From Octopus bimaculoides (Eukaryota), in the NCBI RefSeq assembly GCF_001194135.2, contig NC_068985.1:29058326-29100463 (forward strand): DNA of 42,138 nt. Direction: 5' to 3'. The notes beneath the pieces are model-generated. The model did not search any database. It saw only the letters and a list, made by a program, of their open reading frames with translations, and was not told where the DNA came from. Shown here piece after piece: positions 35,468 to 42,138 of this stretch. The number at the start of each line of letters is the position of its first letter. Position 1 is the stretch's first letter. The translations under genes were made by a program, and so were the position numbers.

Positions 35468-36715
35468 CTGCAATGAGAAAGAGAGATAAGAAGTAGACAC
35501 TAACACAAAGGGACATATTCGTCAAGCTTAGTATCTTCTCTCTTGTGAGACGAATTTATAGACAAAAATCATTTAGGAGCACATGCACATCATCATCATC
35601 GTCTAACGTCCGTTTTCCTTGCTGGCATGGGTTGGACGGTTTGACTGAGGTCTAGAGAGCCAGCGGCTGCACTAGGCTCCAATCTGATCTGGCAAGGTTT
35701 CTACAACTGGATGCCCTTCCTAATACCAACCACTCCAAGAGTGTAGTGGGTGCTTTTTACGAGCTACCGGCACAGGAGCCAGTCAAGTAGGCCTGGCATC
35801 GATCACGTTCAGATAGCACTTTTTACGTGCCACTGGCATGGGAGCCTGCCAGGGGACACAGGCATCAACCATTTGCATATATATGAATATATCATCATCA
35901 ATTAACATTCCTTCTCCATGATAACATGGGTTGTGTGGTTCAACCAGATCTGATGAGTCAGAAAAGACTGAGTTAAACCATCTAAGTTCAATTATCTTTA
36001 AAGCCATTTGTAATACTGCTTTCTAATTTTGGCACAAGGTCAGCAATTTCAGGGCAGGGGATAAGTCAATTACACTGACCTCAGTGCTTGACTGGCACTT
36101 ATTTTAGATGTACGTTACTGGTCAGGTGATACACTACAGAAAACAAAGTGTCTGAAAATCTAATTCTAAAACTTGCTTCATTTTAAGAATAAGATGGTCA
36201 TAAATTTTGGGTTTGGATTATTGGTTAAACCATATTCCTATACAGTGTTTCTTTAATAAATTCTGTAAGAATAAACTTCTAAATATTTTACAATATTTTT
36301 TTTTAAACATGTGGAGACCCGAGGTGGCCAATTCGTACAAGGGAGATTAATCATCTCATCATTATATTTGGTGGGATTAAATTAAATGTCTGAATTTGGA
36401 ATTTAGGAATGAAAAATAACAAGCAGAGAACACACATATTCATTAGCACACATGTAATCTTCCAGGTTAGATTCAGTTAAATTTTATATTCAAAAAAAAG
36501 AAAAGGTAAGGTATCTAAAGGAGTTCATATTTTTTTTTTAAATGGTAATTTATTAAGTTATTTTAGGTGTTCAATCTCTTAGCTTAATTTTAATGCACTT
36601 CAAATTTTTTTAACTGCTGAACTAAATTATTCCTAATTTTCAATTATAATATTTTTAGAGTCTATTTCTTTTCTAGGACTTTTACTTGAAAAAATTTTGA
36701 TGAAAAAAAAAATCA

Positions 36716-37092
36716 GGTGCAGGCGTGGTTGTGTGGTAAGTAGCTTGCTTACCAACCACATGGTTCCAGGTTCAGTCCCACTACGTGGCACCTTGGTATA
36801 GCCTCAGGCCAACCAAAGCCTTGTGAGTAGTTTTGGTAGATGGAAACTGAAAGAAGCCCTTCATGTGTGTGTGTGTGTGTGTGTGTGTGCATGTGTTAGT
36901 GTGTCTGTGTTTGTCCCCACCACCATCACTTGACAACTGATGCTGGTGTGTTCACGTCCCTGTAACTTAGTGGTTCAGCAAAAGAGTCCGATAAAGTAAG
37001 TACTAGACTTACAAAGAATAAGTCTTGGAATCGATTTGTTCGACTAAGGGCTCCAGCATGGCCACAGTCAAATGACTGAAACAAATAAAAAA
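36716..37092 (+). mobile_element. SINE family A
   Basis: Near full-length copy with (TG)n. Confidence 0.85.
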
Positions 37093-37564
37093 AATTATAA
37101 TTTTGTAAGTATTTTCTTTTATTTGTTTCAGTTATTGAAGAGTGTCCGTGCTGGAGCCCTGCCTTCATGTCAAACAGATTGACCCAGGTCGTTATTTTAT
37201 TGCTGATAGTTGAATCTACATAGGTGCAGATAGATCACCTTTCAGAGTGAAATTTGAATACAGGAAAGACTGGATAACAGAGGCTTGTGATAGATAAGGA
37301 CCAAGAGATTTCTGTCTCAAGGAAAAACAGGATGTGTGGTTTACATGTTAGTGAGACATGTGTAGGCTCTAGGTTAAAATGGGATTCACAGATATTATAA
37401 AAGATGAGACAGAATTGTCCAGTAAGTTTAGTGTTATTTTTTAACAGATATTTAAGGTAGTGTGGAGTATGTCAGAAGCTGATATCATGATAACTCCATG
37501 TTAAGAATCTGAGCTGAACTCTTATAACAGGGCACTCCACAAAAAGGGCACTTATGGGCATTAG

Positions 37565-37784
37565 CCCTTAGCATTCAGATTTCTCTGTCAAATATAATGC
37601 TTATTTATTCACATTGATATGAATTAATCATGCATTACCTTGTAACTTTGAGATTTCAGTGATGTGATTGTTTATTTTTAGAATAATATTGTAGGGTAAG
37701 TGTAAGAGGTTGGATCTGGCCAGTTTGAAAATGAAACAGGTAGATTATTTTGGCCAGGTATGGTTGATTTAAATGCTTAAAGGG
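37565..37784. mobile_element. piggyBac-like (TTAA) MITE
   Basis: TTAG|CCCTTAGCATT...AATGCTTAAAGGG|TTAA; related copy at about 40300-41055. Confidence 0.65.
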
Positions 37785-37914
37785 TTAAAAGCAGAATGAT
37801 CGCCTTAGCTGTTAGGCTAAATAACAACAATAAAACATTGTGATGAACACAAACAACAGAAAATAATTTAAGTGGAAAAAGAGAAAAAAAGTCGTTAGGT
37901 AGTAAGTTACATAC

Positions 37915-38140
37915 CTATTGTTACACATACTGCTGGTATATGACGCTTGTACAGCATCCGCTGGGAGAAATCGAGGTAACCAGAGATGTAAATGTAATGA
38001 TGTTGGATGTAGATGTAAACATGGAGAGCTACGATGAATGTCCATGTGAGGATTTCTGAATATGTTGCAATCGATACTGGGTCGGGCTGACACGTGGTAC
38101 ATAACCAAGGATACAGGAATGTTATTAAACACAGTGTGAC
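37915..38140 (-). CDS. TMEM192: TMEM192 coding exon (transmembrane region)
   Basis: 226 nt, VTLCLITFLYPWLC...ALHVYIYIQHHYIYISGYLDFSQRMLYKRHIPAVCVTI(G) vs recalled human [32 protein letters not shown]/GT canonical. Confidence 0.9.
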
Positions 38141-38243
38141 CTTCAGAACAAACATAAAAGTGAATTAAATAACATCATTTTTTGTTTTTTTGTTTTTTTT
38201 TGAGAAGGGTAGATTTAATCTACCTCAATAATTAACTGCTCAT

Positions 38244-38659
38244 TACTCTTTACTCTTTTACTTGTTTCAGTCATTTGACTGTGGTCATGCTGGAGCATCG
38301 CCTTTAGTCAAGTTAATTGACCCCAGGACTTATTCTTTGTAAGCCTAGTACTTATTCTATCAGTCTCTTTTGCCGAACCGCTAAGTTACGGGGGATGTAA
38401 ACACACCAGCATCGGTTGTCAAGCGATGTTGGGAGGGGACAAACACAGACACACATACACACATATATATATATGTGTGTATGTGTACATATATACGACG
38501 GGCTTCTTTCAGTTTCTGTCTACCAAATCCACTCACAAGGCTTTGGTTGGCCCGAGGCTATAGTAGAAGACACTTACCCAAAGTGCCATGCAGTGGGACT
38601 GAACCCAGAACCAAGTGGTTGGTAAGCAAGCTACTTACCACACAGCCACTCCTACACCT
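38244..38659 (-). mobile_element. SINE family A, full length
   Basis: Reverse-complement copy with (CTCTTTTA) tail. Confidence 0.88.
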
Positions 38660-39878
38660 ATTTAATTTTTTATTATTTCTCACCCACAATTCTCTTGGCA
38701 AAAAGAAAAAAAAAATTAAAAAGTAAACCACCCTGAGAGATCTGACCAGGAAGAGAGACAAACATTTATTAAAAAACAACAGCCATCAAATATCAGATAT
38801 TCACATTCAAATCTGACAGAGCATATTAAGAATGAATAGATATATAATTGTTTGGATTCTTGCTGTTCTACGTGCACCTCAGGAATTATTATTTGCTTGG
38901 CAGACAGTATGCATCAGCATATAATTTGTTTGCTGATTCCAATAAACAAGAGCTTATACTTTTTTAAGATTCATCAGTGTGGTGAGGTAGCTTTGACTGA
39001 TGAGACACACAATGAGGTTGAAACATCATGGCAACTCCAAATCTCCTTACACTAGTAGTATATGGCATGTAAAATGAACATACATCATCTAAAAGGATGA
39101 GAAGTTCTCTGATGACAAAAAACAAGTGGTCAAATATCCACATTCAAATTTGCCAGATCATATTAAGAATGAATAAATACATTGTTCAGACTTGTACTGT
39201 TCTGCATGCATCTCATGAGTTATTTTTGCTTTTGTTTTTGTTTTGTATGAGGAAGAAGAAAAGTCCTTATGAACTTTGCAGAGCCTCAGAGACAAGAAGG
39301 TAAGTACTAGCAATGTTGAGGGTAGCAGGTGAAAAAAACATATCAAGAAATAGAGTTTCCCTCAGGCCAGTGACCTTGTCACTGTTCTTGCAACAGAATA
39401 GACTCAAACAGGCACCTATGTCTAGCACTACCACTTCTGCTACAAAAATGGTTTTACATTAATTATGGCACAAGGCCATAAAATTGCAAGAATAATAATC
39501 CTTTCTACTAAAAGCACAAGATCTGAATTTTGGGGTGGAGGGGACCAGTTGATTACATTGACACCAGAGTTTCACTGGTACATTTATTGACCCCGAAAGG
39601 ATGATAGGCAATGTCACCCTCAGAACATAAAAACGGACAAACTGCCACTAAACATTTTGCCCTGCATGACAATAATTCTGTTAACTCACCACTTTGACAA
39701 GACTAATAATACTATCCAATCAAACAAATCATCTACATTACATTACTGCTACTTATTTTAGGGGCTTTTGGAATAAAAAAAAATCAAAGTCACTCAGTCA
39801 CAGCTGGATTTCATCATAAAGGATGTAATTAACCCTTTTACTACCAAACCAAATGAAGCCACCTCTGGTTTAATGAAA

Positions 39879-40095
39879 TGAGAGGGTACTGAAAAGTTCC
39901 TGGTTTTAACAGTATAATGAAAGGCCTGATTGGAGGCTCAAGCTTCCAAGTTCTTTTACAGGGCTTAGAAAAACTGAAGGACTGCTGCAATAAGTATGTG
40001 AATCTGAGAAGGGAATATGTTGAATAAAATCATAATTAACTGACCCACCTGTATTTTCTTTTACCCAAAACCAGGAACTTTTCAGCACCTCTTCG
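39879..40095. mobile_element. Mariner-type MITE
   Basis: About 30-bp TIRs (GAGAGGGTACTGAAAAGTTCCTGGTTTT / AAAACCAGGAACTTTTCAGCACCTCTTCG) followed by TA at the right end. Confidence 0.75.
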
Positions 40096-40299
40096 TACAT
40101 ATTTCCTATCTTAAATTAATCTACGTTAAAACCATCCAACAAAATTTTGCATTAATTTATGTCCCAAACAACGGCTTAGGATTTAGTAAAATAATTGTTT
40201 TATTATTTAACTCAATACTTAATTTTTTTTTTTTTTTCCCAAAATTAATTGAAAACAAAGCAGTTTATTTCAACAGAGACATGATGAGAAAAGAGTTAA

Positions 40300-41055
40300 C
40301 CCTTTAACATTCAGATTACTCTGTCAACCATGAAACTTATATATTCACTTATAGGCGCAGGAGTGGCTGTGTGGTAAGTAGTTTGCTTACCAACCACATG
40401 GTTCCAGGTTCATTCCCACTGCATGGCACCTTGGGCAAGTGTCTTCTACTATAGCCTCGGGCCGACCAAAGCCTTGTGAGTGGATTTGGTAGACGGAAAC
40501 TGAAAGAAGCCTGTCGTATATATANNNNNNNNNNNNNNNNNNNNNNNNNNNNNNNNNNNNNNNNNNNNNNNNNNNNNNNNNNNNNNNNNNNNNNNNNNNN
40601 NNNNNNNNNNNNNNNNNNNNNNNNNNNNNNNNNNNNNNNNNNNNNNNNNNNNNNNGTGTGTGTGTGTGTGTGTGTGTGTGCATATGTTTGTGTGTATGTA
40701 TTTGTCCCACTAGCATTGCTTGACAACCGATGCTGGTGTGTTTATGTCCCCGTAACTTAGCAGTTCGGCAAAAGGGACCGATAGAATAAGTACTAGGCTT
40801 ACAAAGAATAAGTCCTGGGGTCGATTTGCTCGACTAAAGGCGGTACTCCAGCATGGCCGCAGTCAAATGACTGAAACAAGTAAAAGAGTTAAAAGAGTTA
40901 CACTGTTTTAAATTAATTATGCATTACCTAGCTTCAAGATTACAATGATGCAAATGTTTACTTTTAGAATGGCATTGTTGGTTAGGTGCAAGAGGCCAGA
41001 TCTAGCCAGTTTGAACATAAAACAAGTAGAATATTTTGGTCAAATATTGCTGTAC
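40300..41055. mobile_element. Second TTAA-MITE copy interrupted by a SINE
   Basis: TTAA|CCCTTTAACATTCAGATT start; similarity to 37565-37784 resumes after the SINE at about 40900; right TIR not clear. Confidence 0.55.
40354..40898 (+). mobile_element. SINE family A, full length (gap in internal microsatellite)
   Basis: Same head, body and tail; N-run at 40525-40655 lies within its (TA)/(TG) tract. Confidence 0.88.
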
Positions 41056-41602
41056 TAAATGTTACAGTTTCAAATAATGCAACAACTACCATTTATGCTA
41101 TGCACCACACTTACGAGGAATTTTTATATAGACAAAAGGCCTTGAATTTAGAAGAGAAGAGTTAAATGAATCATGAGAAATTATTTTTCTTAATGATTCC
41201 TCAGAAAAATAAAAGGAAGACAACTAGAGAGGAATTTGAACAGAAAACACAGGAGGGAGACAATGGATAATGTATTCCTGGATAAGCTATGTCTGAATAA
41301 AATGAGATGGTCGTGACTAGATTGCCTTTTGTCACAGGTCTGCTCAGTTAGGTTTGACCTAGATCTAGACGACTACAATAATTACATACTGTAAAACATT
41401 TTAGTCTTGTGATAATACTAATCCTTGACATTGATAAAAAAAAAAATATCTTAGTAACAACAAAAATAACTTTACACAACACAATACAAATATAAGCAGG
41501 GGATGGGCTGAGTCATAAACACACATAATTCTTATGAGAATATATTTCTAGCATTGCCTTACAATAAATTTAATTATTTATTTATTTTATTTATTGCAAT
41601 TG

Positions 41603-41700
41603 GTGTAGGCGCGGCTGTGTGGCTAAGAAGCTTGCTTTACAACCATGTGGTTTCAAGTTCAGTCCCATTGCACGGCACCTTGGTTAAGTGTCTTCCACTC
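41603..41700 (+). mobile_element. SINE family A head fragment
   Basis: GGTGTAGGCGCGGCTGTGTGG...CCTTGGTTAAGTGTCTTC. Confidence 0.65.
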
Positions 41701-41870
41701 TAGTCACAGGCTAACTTAGGAAGGGCCACTCTAGTCTCAGGCTGTACTTAGGGAGTGCCACAAATACCAAAATACCTGCTAAAGCACAACCTAAAAAGTC
41801 AACAAAGCTGAAAACTTATTGGGGTAAAATTATCATGAAAGGTGAAGCAAGTGGCTAATTATATAGTTTA

Positions 41871-41966
41871 CTAGCAGAAATACCCGGCGTTGCCCGGGTT
41901 AAAGAGAATAATGAAATCTAAAAACGTCGTCTAGACTACGCAACCCTCAACTGTTAGTAGCTACGA
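41871..41966 (-). mobile_element. Helitron-type 3' terminus (possibly a tiny non-autonomous copy)
   Basis: Minus strand ACCCGG-GCAACG-CCGGGT hairpin a few nt before CTAG|T; a possible A|TC 5' end at 41966. Confidence 0.5.
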
Positions 41967-42138
41967 TACCATATTTCTACATTAATAACTCTCCAATCCA
42001 TGCCAGCATGGAACATAGACATTAAGTGGAATGCTAGAAGAAAGTCTTCAACTCATATGTATATAAAGTAAATACACGTAATTCAGAAACATGTTTTCTG
42101 TATTTTATTTCGTAACCAAACAAACAGGTACAGATTAT

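Noticed and set aside
39262-39306. Plus-strand micro-exon CAG|18 nt|GTAAGT, and a search for TMEM192 exon 2 in 38.2-42.1 kb
   Set aside because: No supporting neighbours; no in-phase minus exon resembling the TMEM192 N-terminus was found, so it probably lies beyond the window.

Overview
AT-rich, repeat-dense animal genomic DNA, most likely from a coleoid cephalopod (Octopus-like repeat landscape), with six assembly gaps. Two intron-rich protein-coding genes lie in tandem on the minus strand; the ORF track mostly misses them. (1) A SEL1L3-like gene: nine phase-consistent GT-AG exons between 13903 and 590 splice into 488 uninterrupted codons. Its signal-peptide exon was not identified and its SEL1-repeat half should lie off the left edge. 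(2) TMEM192: the last four coding exons (38140 to the stop at 30573) give 230 aa; its 5' exons are probably off the right edge. Introns and the intergenic region hold tRNA-derived SINEs, a decayed RTE LINE, a Penelope-like insertion with inverted hammerhead-bearing pLTRs and a 12-bp TSD, hAT, mariner and piggyBac-type MITEs, a Helitron end and microsatellites. The most unusual item is a young 267-bp MITE (19000-19266) with 94-bp TIRs that contain telomeric (TTAGGG)n repeats and a 9-bp TSD. Protein identities rest on recalled similarity to the human proteins, not a database search; SINE and LINE boundaries are approximate.
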